A program made the position numbers and the translations under genes. The notes under the pieces are model-generated. The model was not told the origin of the DNA and searched no databases. It was given only the letters and a program-made list of their open reading frames with translations. From Raja brachyura (Eukaryota), in contig OY740804.1 of NCBI GenBank assembly GCA_963514005.1, forward strand, positions 4,836,001-4,900,000: a stretch of 64,000 bases of DNA, given 5' to 3'. Of this stretch, positions 1 to 13,208 are shown piece after piece (the first letter of the stretch is position 1; the number at the start of each line of letters is the position of its first letter).

Positions 1-1552
1 CCAGACCATTGCAACAGTTTGAACTGTCGGACAGGACCATGGATGTTATAGATACAGTTTGGAGGACTAGCACTAGAAAACAATATATGTGCCATATTAG
101 AAATGGGAAGCCTTTTGTACACAGGCAAAGATATCTTATAATTCTGCAAACATTTCAAATGTATTGGAGTTCCTTGCTGGGTTACACTTTGATGAGCATT
201 TGAGTTATAGTGCCATTAATTGTGCTCGGAGTGCATTGTCATCCTATTTAGGACAAATTTCGGATCGGGATTCAGTTGGGTCTCACCCATTAATATCTCG
301 ATTCATGAAGGGTATTTTAATATAAATCCTCCCAAGCCCAGATATACAGGAATTTGGGATGTTAGCATTGTTCTTACTTTACTTAAACAATGGACTCCAA
401 TTAATTCAATATCTTTGCAGAACTTAACATTGAAGGTGGTTATGTTAATGGCATTGGTATCAGCTCAAAGAGTACAGACTTTGCAATTGTTAAGGTTGGA
501 TTGCATGCATGTGACTTCAGATAACATTGTGTTTATGTTTATGACCGGTGAAACAAAGCAGACCAGGGAGAACTGGAATGAAGGTAATGTTTAAAGCATA
601 TCCTATTGATGAAACATTGTGTGTAGTTAAGCATTTAACTCAATACATGGAGGTAACCAAAAATCTCAGAGGTTCTGAGAAAGCGTTATTGATAACACAC
701 AAAAAACCACATACAAAAGTTTCAGTTCAAACCATTTCTAGATGGTTAAAACAGGTTTTGGGTCTAGCAGGAATAGACACTGATGTGTTAAATCTCACTA
801 CACTAGGGCAGCTACGTCCGCGGCGAAGGTACAGGACGTACCACTCGATCAAATTTTAGAGGCCGCAGGGTGGTCTAGAGAAGAAACTTTTTCAAAGTCC
901 TACAATAAACCTGTTGTCACGGTGCCAGGATTTGGACACGCAGGACTGGGTTCTCTTTAAATGCTTGCTTTGTTTATATTATCGATTTATTTTATCGATT
1001 TATGTTACCATTGACATAACTTATCAATTATTTTGTAATTTTCCCCTGCAATAGAGGGGTTATTATTTTAAAAAGTTGTTCTTTTTATAATTAAAGGACT
1101 TATTACATAAATTGTAACAATGTGTTAAAATACTTTTTACTCACTACTATTTTGACCAAACAGAGAGTCGTATGAAATGAGTTTACGACATGGAAAACAC
1201 AGGGCTTTAAAATATTCACGTAGTCACTCACGTGACTCCGAAGTAAAATAGTGAGATTAAACGAGAACTTACCTGTTCGAAGTTTGATCTTTATTTTATG
1301 AGGAGTTACGATGAGGGATTACGTGCCCTCCACTCCCAACCCTCATAATATAAATGATCATCAGGTAGTTCTAGTCTATTTTGAGCCTTACTATTTTACT
1401 CCGGCTATTGGTTCTGTGTTTTTCATGCCGCTGCTTTGAAGTATGCCGTTCCAGCGCCAGGCGGGGTCTTCTTCACGTAATCCCTCATCGTAACTCCTCA
1501 TAAAATAAAGATCAAACTTCGAACAGGTAAGTTCTCGTTTAATCTCACTATT
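1..1552 (+). mobile_element. DIRS1-like retrotransposon A, 3' part (frameshifted tyrosine recombinase, ICR, right terminus)
   Basis: YR motifs (IWDV, ALVSAQRVQ, QTISRWLK, AAGW) spread over several frames; inverted repeat 1247-1325/1474-1552; ends in ATT. Confidence 0.9.
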
Positions 1553-3010
1553 ATAGTAGGCGCCTTAGCTACCTCCTTTGACAGCTCGTTCCATACACCC
1601 ACCACATTCTGAGTGAAATGCTTGCCCCTCAGGTTCCTATTAAATCCCTCCCCCCTCAATTTAAACTTGTCCTCTGGATTTTGATTCCCCTTTTACTCTG
1701 GGTAAAAGGCTCTGTGAACTCACCCTATCAATTCCTCCTCATGAGTGTATACACCTCTATAAGATCACCCCTCAGCCTCCTGTGCTCCAAGGAATAAAGT
1801 CCTAGATTATCCAAATTTAGTTTAGTTTATCATTTAGTTTATCACATGGTCCAAGGCACAACGGAAAACCATTTTCTTGCATGCTATCCAGTCAGCAAAA
1901 GGACTATACGTGATTACAATCAAGCCATCCACAGTGTACAGATACAGGATAAAGGGAAATACTGTAGGTTCCGTGCAAGATAAAGTCCAGTAAAGTCCAA
2001 TTAAAGATGGTGCAAGGGTCTCCAATGAGGTGGATGGTAGGTCAGGATCAGTCTCTAGTTAGTAATAAGAAGGTTCCGTTTCATGATAACATGAAGGAAG
2101 GAAGAAACTCCGTGAATCTGCAGGTGTGCGTTTTCAAACTTCTGTACCTCTTGCCTGATGAGAGAGGGGAGAAGATGGAGTGGCCAGGGTGAGACACATC
2201 CTCCTTGTAGCTCAGACCTTGGAGTCCTGGCAAAATCCTGATAAATCTTCTCCGCGCTCTTCCCAGCCATGAAGGAATAATTTCAACTGTTTAGAAAGGA
2301 ACTGCAGATGCCGGTTTAAACGGAAGGTAGACACAAAAAGCCGTAGTAACTCAGCGGGTCAGACAGCATCTCTGGAGACAACCCCGTACGCTAGGACTAT
2401 CCGACACACTAGGGACAATCTACAACTTAGCAAAGCCAGATAACCTACAAATCCACACGTCTTTGGATGGTACGAGGAAACCGGAACACCCGGAGAAAAT
2501 CACGCGGTCATGGGGAGAACGTACAAACCCCGTACAGACAGCACCCATAGTCACAATTGAACCCAGGTCTCTGGCGCTGTAAGTTCGGCAAGTTGTGAAA
2601 CAGGATGTTTGTCAATGTTCCTTATTCTACATTGGATTACAAAGTATTAATTTTAAAAGGTGCATCTCCCAACACTGATCTTTAAAGAGGACAGGATTGG
2701 GATATGACCACGTAAGTGTGGATACCCTCACTGGAAACCTGCTTCAGTTCAGCTTGTCTTCTGCCCAAACCTCTGCCAACCACAGTTAATCCCCCAAAGT
2801 GGAACCGTTGACAATGTGCACGCAACAGGTTGCAAAACAGGATATGGGACAATGTTCCTTACTCTATGTCACATTGCAAAGCATTTGTTCATTCGTGAGG
2901 GAGTTTGCACACGGAACAAGTGGTTAAATCAAACAAGAGTAAGTCGTGAACAGCACGAATTGGAGACCGCTTCATCGGCAAACAAGGACCTCTCTCTCTC
3001 TGGAACCACG

Positions 3011-3047
3011 ATGCTTCACATTCTGCTGTTTCTCACTGTGACTTCAA
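3011..3047 (+). CDS. Receptor gene 1, exon 1: signal peptide (MLHILLFLTVTS)
   Basis: ATG at 3011, hydrophobic leader, donor A|GTAAGT, phase 1 matching the next exon. Confidence 0.8.
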
Positions 3048-4532
3048 GTAAGTTTTTCCACTTAAAGCTAAGATGGACAGATTCATGATTAGTACGGGTG
3101 CCAGGAGTTATGGGGAGAAGGCAGGAGAATGGGGTTAGGAGGGAGAGATAGATCAGCCATGATTGAATGGCGGAGAAGACATGATGGGCCGAACAACCTA
3201 ATTCTGCCCCATTAATTTATGGTCATGGAACCATAGCGCAGTTACATGTTAACGGGAAGATTAGCTCTTGTTATTTAAATAAGTGATGATACACTGCTGT
3301 TCAGCCAAAGGACCAGGAGCCTAGAAAGGAACCAATTAACTTTACATTTCAGCAAGAGTTAAAACGAACTGTGACAAGAGCATGGGATTTAGCAGAGGAT
3401 TTAAGAGACTTTCGGACTGGCACATGCATGTAAGAGAAAAAAGACACCAAGTGCTGGAGTAACTCAGCGGGTCAGGCAGCATCTCTAGAGAACATGGATA
3501 GGTGATAACTTGGGCCAGGACCCTTCTTCAGACTGATTGTGGTGGGGCGAGAGGGGTGAGAAGAATACCCCACCACAATCAGTCTGCAGGGGCAGATGGA
3601 AATGCAGGGAATGGAAAGATATGGATGATAAGCAGGCAGATAGGGGTTGGTCATGGCATCATGTTCAGCATGGCGATTGTGGGCCAAATGGCCTGTTCCT
3701 GTGCTGTACTGTTCTATGCTTTTAGTGAAGATGCAGCACAGAAGATTTTTACGGTAATCTTTCCTCAGATGCTGTCTTTGTGGAGTTTCTCCCCGTCAAC
3801 GTATACGTTTCTTCCGGATGCTCGAGTTTCCTCCCACCTCCCATTTTAGGATAAGGGGGGCATTGAAACGTAACGAATAGTGAAAGGCCTGGAGATAGAG
3901 TGGATGTAGAGAGGATGTTTCCACTGGTGGGAGAGTCTAGGACCAGAGTGCACAGCCTCAGAATAACAGAACGTTTAGTTTAGTTTGGAGATACAGCGTG
4001 GAAACAGGCGCTTCGACCCACCGAGTCCACGCTGACCAGCGATCCCTGCACATTAGTTCTATCTTAAACACTGGGAACGATTTTTACCAAAGCCAATTAA
4101 CCGACAAACCTGCACATCTTTGGAGCGTGAGAGGAAACCGGAGCACCCGGAGAAAAACTATGCAGGTCATGGGGAAAACGTACAAACACCGTACAGACTG
4201 CACACGTACCCGGGTCTCTGGCGCTGTAAGGCAGCATCTCTACCGCTGCGCTACTGACCTGCACCTGTTACAAAGGACATACCTGTACAAAGGAGTTGTA
4301 GATGAATTTCTTTGATCAGAGGGTCGTGAATCTGTGGAATTCATTGCCACAGATTGCTGTGGAGTCCAAGTCATTGGGTATTTTTAAGGCGGAGATTCTC
4401 TGATTCTTGGTGAGTAGTACGGGTGTCAGGGGTTATGGGGAGAAACAGGAGAATTGGGTTGAGAGGGAGAGATAGATTAGCCATGATTGAATGGTGGGGC
4501 AGACAATGAACTGAATGGACTAAATGTTCTCC

Positions 4533-6975
4533 TATAACCATATAATAACCATATAACAATTACAGCACGGAAACAGGCCTTCTCGGCCCTTCCAGTCCGT
4601 GCCGAACATTTATTTTCCCCTAGTCCCATCTACCTGCACTCAGACCATACCCCTCCATTCTCTTCCTGTCCATATACCTATCCACTTTACTTTTAGATGT
4701 TAAAATCGATCCTGCCTCCACCACTTCCGCTGGAAGATCATTCCACACAGCCACCACTCTCTGAGTAAAGAAGTTCCCCCTCATGTTACCCCTAAACGTC
4801 TGTCCCTTAATTCTCATGTCATGCCCTCTTGTTTGAATCTTCCCTACCCTCAATGGGAAAAGCTTATCCACATCAACTCTGTCTATCCCTTTCATCATTT
4901 TAAAGACCTCAATCAAGTCCCCCCTTAACCTTCTGTGCTCCAAAGAATAAAGACCTAACTTGTTCAACCTTTCCCTGTAACTTAGTTGCTGGAACCCAGG
5001 CAACATTCTAGTAAATCTCCTCTGTACTCTAACTATTTTGTTGACATCCTTCCTATAATTAGGCGACCAAAATTGTACACCATACTCCAGAATTAGTCTC
5101 ACCAATGCCTTGTACAATTTTAACAATACTTCCCTACTCCTATATTCAATGCTCTGATTTATAAAGGCCAGCACACCAAAAGCTTTCTTTACCACCCTAT
5201 CTACATGCGATTCCACCTTCAGGGAACTATGCACAGTTATTCCTAGATCCCTCTGTTCCACAGCATTCCTCAATTCCCTACCATTTACCATGTACGTCCT
5301 ATTTTGATTTGTCCTGCCAAGATGTAGCACCTCACACTCATCAGCATTAAACTCCATGCCATCTTTCAGCCCACTCTTCCAAATGGCCCAAATCTCTCTG
5401 TGGACTTTGAAAATCTACTTCATTATCCACAGCACCACCTATCTTAGTATCATCTGCATAATTACTTATCCAATTTTCCACCCCATCATCTAGATCATTG
5501 ATGTTCATGACAAACAACAGTGGACCCAATACAGATCCCTGAGGCACCCCACTGGTCACCGGCTTCCAACCTGACAAACAGCCCTCCACCATTAATCTTT
5601 GGCATCTCCCATTCAGCCACTGTTGAATCAATCTTGCTACTCCGCCATTAACACCCAAAGATTGAACCTTCTTAACCAACCTTCCATGGGGAACCTTGTC
5701 AAAGGCCTTACTGAAATCCATATAGACAACATCTACTGCTTTACCCTCATCAATTTCCCTAGTAACCTCTTCAAAAAATTCTAGAATGTTTGTCAAACAT
5801 GACCTTCCAGGCACAAATCCATGTTGACTGTTCTTGGTCAGACCCTGTTTATCCAGATGCTTATATATATTATCTCTAAGTATCCTTTCCATTAATTTTC
5901 CCACCACTGACATCAAACTAACAGGTCTATAATTGCTAGGTTTATTTTTTGAACCCTTTTTAAACAGTGGAACAACATGCGCAGTACGCCAATCCTTCGG
6001 CACTATTCCCGTTTCTAATGACATTTGAAATATTTCTGTCATAGCCCCTGCTATTTCTACACTAACTTCCCTCAATGTCCTAGGGAATATCCTGTCAGGA
6101 CCTGGAGACTTATCCACTTTTATATTTTTCAAAAGTGTCAGTACTTCCTCCTCTTTGAATCTCATAGTTTGCATAGCTATTCTACTTTTTTCCCTTACCT
6201 CACAGAGTTCAATATCCTTCTCCTTGGTGAATACCGAAGAAAAGAAATTGTTCAATATCTCCCCCATCTCTTTTGGCTCTGCAGATAGCTGTCCATTCTG
6301 GCTCTCTAATGGTCCAATTTTATCCCTCGTTATCCTTTTGCTATTAATATAGCTGCAGAAACCCTTTGGATTTACTTTCACCTTTCTTGCCAAAGCAACC
6401 TCATATCTTCTTTTAGCTTTTCTTATTTATTTCTTAAGATTCTTTTTACATTCTTTATACTCATCTAGCACCTCATTTACTCCATGCCTCCTATAAATAT
6501 TGTAGATATCTCTCTTTTTTTGAACCAAGTGTCCAATTTCCCTTGAAAACCATGGCTCTTTCCGATCTTTACTATTTCCTTTCAACCGAACAGGGACATA
6601 AAGATTCTGTACTCTTACAATTTCCCCTTTAAATGTCCTCCATTTCTCTTCCACATCCTTCCCATAAAACAAAATGTCCCAATTCACTCCTTGTAAATCA
6701 TTACGCATTCCCTCAAAGTTAGCCTTTCTCCAATCAAAAATCTCTACCCTAGGTCCAGTTCTGACTCTTTCCATAATTATATTGAAACTAATGGTATTGT
6801 GATCACTGGTCCCGAAGTGCTCACCAACGCATACCTCCATCACCTGACCTGCCTCATTTCCTAACAGGAGGTCCCGCACTGCCCCTTCTCTGGTCGATAC
6901 CTCTATGTATTGCTGCAAAAAACTATCCTGCACACATTTAACAATCTCCAAACCATCCAGCCCATTTACAGAATG
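4533..6975 (-). mobile_element. CR1 LINE, 5'-truncated, frameshifted ORF2 (endonuclease end and RT)
   Basis: SDHN, KSPGPD, NYRPVSL, DFSKAFD, GVPQGSVLGP, YADD; CR1 C-terminus; ATAACCAT tail. Confidence 0.95.
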
Positions 6976-7088
6976 GATAACTTATGAACATGAGATTATG
7001 TCCGGGGGGGGGAGGGGGGGGGGGGGGGGTTATGGGAATATTTTGATGTGATTCTGTAAAATTACCAGCATTATATTTCACCCAACAG

Positions 7089-7400
7089 GTTCCTTAGCAA
7101 AGCTTCACTTGATGGTGATAAGAGCTGGCGAGGGAGAAAAAGTGACTACAGAATGTCCAAACGCTCAGAAAACAGGACATGTCAGCTGGTGCAAAGTCAA
7201 TTCTCGAGGGAAGTGTCAAGTAATAGTCAACACTGAGCAAGACGAGGACCGTAGTGGAAGGATATCAATGAGAAGACTCAATGGGTCTGTTTTTGTAACA
7301 AGTCAACTTCAGAAGAATGATACAGGAACATACTGGTGTGGAAAAATTCAGACAAATGGAATCCTTGTTTCAGATATTGTCATGTTGGATGTTTTCACAG
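7089..7400 (+). CDS. Receptor gene 1, exon 2: V-type Ig domain D1 (CD300/pIgR-like)
   Basis: cccaacag| acceptor; VTTEC...SWCKVNSRGKC (extra C-x7-C pair)...LQKNDTGTYWCG; donor G|GTAAGA; phase 1-1. Confidence 0.9.
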
Positions 7401-8391
7401 GTAAGAGATTTCCTGAAGATTTTAAGACTGGTAATATGCTTCACTGATAATATACACTTGGACTGCTGTGCCATAATGAGCTTACTAATTGTTATGGAGA
7501 GGTGCTGCCTGACCCGCTGAGTTACTGCTGCACGTTCTACGCAGATTCCAGCATCTGCAGTTCCTTATGTCTACCGATTGTTAAGCGAGTTTAACTTACA
7601 AAGGTGTGCAGGAAGGGTGCTGGTTTACACCGAAGATAGACACAAAATGCTGGAGTAACTCAGCGGGATTGGCAGCTTCTCGGAAGAAATTGAATACTTG
7701 ACATTTTGGGTCAATAGACAATAGACAATTAGGTGCAGGGGTAGGCCATTCGGCCCTTCAAGCCAGCACCGCCATTTAATGTTATCATGGCTGATCATCC
7801 CCAATCAGTACCCCGTTCCTGCCTTCTCCCCATATCCTCTGACTCCGCTATCTTTAAGAGCCCTATCTAGCACTTTCTTGAAAGTATCCAGAAAACCGGC
7901 CTCCACCGCCCTCTGAGGCAGAGAATTCCACAGACTCACAACTCTCTGTGTGAAAAAGTGCTTCCTCATCTCTGTTCTAAACGGCATACCCCTTATTCTT
8001 AAACTGTGACCCCTGGTTCTGGATTCCCCCAACGTCAGCAACATGTTTCCTGCCTCTAGCATGTCCAAACCCTTAATAACCTTATATGTTTCAATATGGT
8101 CCCCTCTCATCCTTCTAAACTTCAGAGTGTACAAGCCCAGCCACTCTGGGTCAGGGCAATTCTTCAGACTGAAAGAAGGGAGCTGGGGAAGAGTTGGTGG
8201 AACTAGGGTGGAAGGGGGCAAGAGAGGAGGAGAGTGGAGTGTTGGTAGAAGTTACTTAAAATTAGAGAATTCAACATTCATACTGCTGGGTTGTAAGCGA
8301 ACCAAGCAAAATATGAAGTGCTGTTCCTCCAATTTGCACATGGCCTCACGTTAACTCGTCATCTTCAACATCCCATTAATGAGGGTGCCAC

Positions 8392-8660
8392 CCCGTGGCA
8401 CAGCGAAAGAGTTGCCGCCTTACAGCCCCAGAGACCGGGGTTCGATCCTGACCACGGGTGCTGTCTGTACGGAGTTTGTACGTTCTCCCCGTGACCTTCG
8501 TGGGTTTTCCCCGGGTGCTCCGGTTTCCTCCCACACTCCAAGGTTTGTAGGTTAATTGGCTTCAGTAAAATTATAACTCATCCCTAGTGTGTGTAGGAAA
8601 GTGTTAATGTGCGGGGATCGCTGGTCGGTGCAGACTCGGTGGGCTGTATCTCTAAACTAA
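8392..8660 (+). mobile_element. tRNA-derived V-SINE (HE1-like), representative of many copies (e.g. 3973-4258, 13575-13876, 24491-24788, 25437-25808, 48552-48846, 49252-49551, 58727-59025)
   Basis: B box GGTTCGATCC, shared core, CR1-like 3' end with CTAAA repeats; boundaries approximate. Confidence 0.8.
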
Positions 8661-8745
8661 GGTTTGTGCATCCTTGGCTCTTCCCCACTAAAGTCAACAG
8701 TCAGCATCTCTGATCTCTCATACCCTCATTTTGTTTCCATTACAG

Positions 8746-9060
8746 CAGATTCACGGATACTAAACCGTACCACAGTCAAGGGCATAATGGGCAATGCCAC
8801 CACTATACATTGCCGGTACATGGTGCAATTTGAAGAATATGAGAAATTCTTGTGTAAAGTCGTCTCTGTGAATAGTTGCAGCATCATAGCGACGCCTCAA
8901 CACTACAACAGCAGCAAATTATCAATCAGTGGAAACAAATTCAACAACTTTGCTGTCACGATCAGGCACACTGATGAAGGAGATGTGGGGGAATATTGGT
9001 GTGGGGCCAGGACACCAGTCGACTTTGAGATCTCACAGGTTAAAACCGTGATGTTTAAAG
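8746..9060 (+). CDS. Receptor gene 1, exon 3: V-type Ig domain D2
   Basis: tacag|cag| acceptor; VKGIMGNATTIHCRY...EKFLCKVVSVNSC...FAVTI...DVGEYWCG; donor G|GTATAA; phase 1-1. Confidence 0.9.
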
Positions 9061-9758
9061 GTATAAATCCACATAAAATTACTGTGATTCAACATTTATG
9101 CATAAATTCAGCATGCAAACAGTCTTTACTGATATTATATTCCACGGATCGCTCTCCATTCTCGTCAGTTGTTGGAGCAGAATTAGGCCATTCGGCCCAT
9201 CAAGTCTACTCCACCATTCAATCATGGCCGATCTATCTTTCCCTCTCAACCCCATTCTCCTGCCTTCTCCCCATAACCCCTTACACACGTACTAATGAAG
9301 AATCTATCAATCTCTGCCTTAAAAATATCCATTGACTTGGCCTCCACAGCCTTCTAATTCTTCTCATCTCCCCCAGCCTCGTATCTTCAAAGCTTTCCCT
9401 AAACCGTGTCCTGATATTCACCTGAGTTTTACCTTCTTACTAATCTCTGATTGTGGAATTTATTACCAAATATTTACTCTTATGTTTATTACTCTTAGAC
9501 AGACATTCTGAACCTCTTGTTAATATACATATTAATTGAATTGAAAGATGCAACATGGAAACAGGCTCTTCGGCCCATCTAGTCCATGCCAACCATCCAT
9601 CATCCATTCACACTAGATTTATGTTATCCCATTTTTGCATCTAGTGCTTACAGACTAAGGGGCAATTTGCAGCATCTGTAGTTCCTTGAGATTAAGTTAT
9701 GTTGTGTTGTAATTGATATGAATTGGTATAATATGTTTTGTTTAAAATCCCACCTCAG

Positions 9759-9798
9759 GAACAATAACAAAACCAGAGGTACCAAGCAACAAAGCAAG
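9759..9798 (+). CDS. Receptor gene 1, exon 4: short stalk (GTITKPEVPSNKA)
   Basis: cacctcag| acceptor, AG|GTAAGA donor, 40 nt, phase 1-2, links D2 to the TM exon in frame. Confidence 0.8.
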
Positions 9799-9957
9799 GT
9801 AAGATTTCTGCAGTCATCCTCAATCTAATAATTATTTACTGATTGTTGTTGGTATTGGTTCAATACGTCATGTTTAGTTTTGTTTAGTTTAGAGATAGAG
9901 CTGAAACAGGCCCTTCGGCCACCGAGTCCGCATGGACCAGCGATCCCCGCGCACTAG

Positions 9958-10102
9958 CCCTGTCCCACGGTACGGGTTCATTCCAAGAGCTCTCCCGAGT
10001 TTTAAAAAAATCAAACTCGTGGTAAGCACGGAGAATGAACGTAGCGGGTACGTCGGCAAACTCGGGAGAACTTTTGGAATGAAGTCGTACCGTGGGACAG
10101 GG
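9958..10102. mobile_element. MITE (possibly PIF/Harbinger-like) inserted in a SINE
   Basis: ~45 bp imperfect TIRs ccctgtcccacggtacg.../...cgtaccgtgggacaggg. Confidence 0.7.
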
Positions 10103-10414
10103 GTTACGTATCCTACACATACCAGGGACAAGTTACATTTATACCAAGCCAAGACATTTATGCACCTCTTTGGAGTGTGGGAGGAAACCGAAGATCTCGG
10201 AGAAAACCCACGCGGGTCACGGGGAGAACGCACAAACTTTGTATAGACGGCACCCGAGGTCAGGATCGAACCCGGGTCTCTGGCGCTGCGCCATTGTGCC
10301 ACACCGTCTCTTAATCTAAACCAGCATCTGCAGTTCCTCGCATCTTGCTTCCAGTTTCATCCACATTCTAGTTTGTCAACACAAAGAACTGCAGAAGTTG
10401 GTTAATACAGAAAG

Positions 10415-10612
10415 GGATACAAAGTGCTGGAGTAACTCAACGGGTCAGGCAGCATCGCTAGAGAACATGGATAGGTGACGTTCTTCAGATTCACGTTTCG
10501 GGTCGACACCCTTCTTTGATCTGAAGAAAGGTCTCGACCCGAAACATCACCTGTTCCACATTCTCCAGGGATGCTGCCCTGACCTGCTGAGCTATTCCAG
10601 CACTTTGTGTCC
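10415..10612. repeat. Penelope pLTR-derived fold-back repeat (also 10975-11167, 13322-13485, and many single arms)
   Basis: Inverted arms gctggagtaactca...ggcagcatc; the same sequence flanks the GIY-YIG fragment at 57609. Confidence 0.75.
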
Positions 10613-10688
10613 TTCCTCATTCTAGTTCAATTTAGTTTTATATATTTTTCCTTGTCTCATTGAATGTTTCTCAATCATGTTTTAATAG

Positions 10689-10804
10689 CGGCACCCCACA
10701 GATATGGCACATTATACTTCCACTCATGTTGGGACTATTGATTGTAATACTGATAGTTCTACTTGTAAAGAAGAGGAAACAGTCAGAAACTATCCCTCAA
10801 GAAA
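10689..10804 (+). CDS. Receptor gene 1, exon 5: transmembrane segment and basic stop-transfer
   Basis: tttaatag| acceptor; GTPQIWHIILPLMLGLLIVILIVLLVKKRKQSETIPQE; donor A|GTAAGT; phase 2-1; no K/R/D/E in the hydrophobic core. Confidence 0.88.
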
Positions 10805-13170
10805 GTAAGTAGCCAACAAAATATTTCTTCTGCAGTTAAAATGATAAAAGAACAGTAACTATGTATGGATTTATTATTGTCGTACAGTGAAAAAAAATTG
10901 TTTTGCATGCCACCCAGTCAAATCACACTGGGCACGAGTATGTGTAGGAAGGAACTGCAGATGCTGGTTTACACTGAAGATAGACTCAAAAAGCTGGAGT
11001 AACTCAACGGGACAGGCAGCATCTCTGGAGAGAAGGATGGGTGATGTTTCGAGTCGGATGTTTCGTCCCATCTGAAGAAGAGTCTTGACCCAAAACGTCA
11101 CCCATTCCTTCTCTCCATAGATGCTGCCCGTCCCACTGAGTTACTCCAGCATTTTGTGCCTATCTTCTACATCAGGTTGTGCATAAAATAATATGGTGTT
11201 ACAGCGACAGTGAAAATGCCAATAAACATGTTGAAGGACTGCAAAGAGGCTTAAATTGAAATATATTTCTGTAAATTATCCTCAGTGTGAGGTTTAGTTC
11301 AGTTTAGATTAGGGATACAGTGAGGAAATATGCCCTTCGGCCCACTGGGTCTGCACCAACAATCCATCCACTTACACTGGCACTATCCTACACACACTAG
11401 GGACAATTTGTTATTTTACCAAGTTTATTAACCAACAGACCTGTGCACCTTCTACCGCTGTGCACTCTTTGCTTTAGACTTTGGAGATGGAGGCCCTTCG
11501 GCCCACTGAGGCTGTTAGATAGTATGGTATGGTACATTATGTGATGAGGTACAGTGAAATTTATTTTTGTATTCATTTCAGTACAAGTATAAGATAGGCA
11601 CATAGATATGAAGGGGGTGGAGGGATAGTGGACTATGTGCAGGCAGATGAGATGAGTTTAACTTTGCCTCGTGTTTGGCATGGACAATGTGGGCCGAAGG
11701 GCCTGTTCCTGTGCTGTTCTGTGTTCCATGTCCATCCGCAAAACCACCTTCGACAAAGTCAGGAAGATCTTGGGCTCACCAGGTATTCAGAAGACAAGTG
11801 TACTTTATTGTATTTATGCTTACAACATCTCCCATGTCATCTGTAGATGTTTCATTACAAAGCATTTGTACATATTTACACAATCTCTAACTTGCGATTC
11901 CTGTTCCTCATACACAGAGAACCTGCCTCCACCGCCTTCTGAGGCAGAGAATTCCACAGACTCACAACTCTCTGTGTGAAGAAGTGTTTCCTCATCTCTG
12001 TTCTAAATGGCTTAACCCTTAGTCTTAAAATGTGGCCCCTGGTTCTGGGCTCCCCCAACATCGGGAACATGTTTCCTGCCCTTGCTTGTCCAAACCCTTA
12101 ATAATCTTATACATTTCAATAAGATTCCCTCTCATTATCACCTTCCCCACAGCCTACAAAGTGGAAGTGGTACTCGGTTGCTAAGACAGGAAAGTAACAT
12201 GTGGTTGCAGCTTCTGGTAAGGTTGTCGGTTGGTTAGTGGGAGGGGGGAGGGGGGAGCATGAGTGCGGAAGAGAGTGGGGAACTGAGATGTGTGCTGCGG
12301 TTGACACCTCATCACAAGCGGAACAAACCTGCTTCCAACCACCTCCATCAAGACCTCTACCATCTCCTTGTTCCCCAGAGCTACAGTATTTATTTTTAAG
12401 AGAAACAGTGTGCAAACAGGGCCCTTGGCCCACTGAGTCCACACCGATCAACACTCACCCACACACTAGTTCTATCCTACACATTAGGGACAATTTACAG
12501 AAGCCAATTCACAGACAAACCTGCACGACTTTGTAATGTGGGAGGTACAGATACAGCATGGAAACAGGCCCTTTGGCCCATTGAATCCGCGCCAACCGGC
12601 GATCACCCCGGTACACGAGCACTATCCTACACACCAGGGACAATGTACAATATTACAGGAGCCAATTAACCTACAAACTTGTACATCTTTGGAGTGTGGG
12701 TGGAAACCGGAGCACCCGTAGAAAATCCACATGGTTACAGGGAGAAGGTACAAACTCCACACAGACACCACCCGTAGTCAGGATCGAACTGGGGTTTCTG
12801 GCATTGTGAGGCAGCAACTCTACCATAGCTTTATGGCCAGCACTGCGGGGCTAAATTTAAAGGAGACGTGCGGGGCAAGTGCGGGGAGAGTCGGAGACTC
12901 CTGGAACGTGCTGCCAGGGGTGGTGGTGGAGGCAGATACGATAGCGGCATTTACGAGGGTATTAGATAGGCACATGGATATGCAGGGAATGGAGGGATGT
13001 GGATCACTTGAAGGCCGAGGGGATTAGTTTAACCTGGCACCATGTCGGGTATAGACAATGTGGGCCGAAGGGCCCGTTTCCTGTACTGTACTGTTCAATG
13101 TTTTTCTGCTACTCGGGGAAATATGAGAACTATTGTTATTCTAAATTACATGCTGTTACCTTCTTTACAG

Positions 13171-13208
13171 ATGGTTGCAAAAACTCAGAAAGTCCCACCA
13201 CAGCCAAG
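13171..13208 (+). CDS. Receptor gene 1, exon 6: cytoplasmic (NGCKNSESPTTAK)
   Basis: ttctttacag| acceptor, AAG|GTAAGA donor, 38 nt, phase 1-0. Confidence 0.82.

Noticed and set aside
8392-8460. tRNA genes
   Set aside because: The pol III boxes belong to SINE heads; no cloverleaf seen
9061-9335. C-terminal extension of the 223-aa ORF as a secreted isoform
   Set aside because: Read-through into intron 3 and an antisense CR1 tail; no independent support
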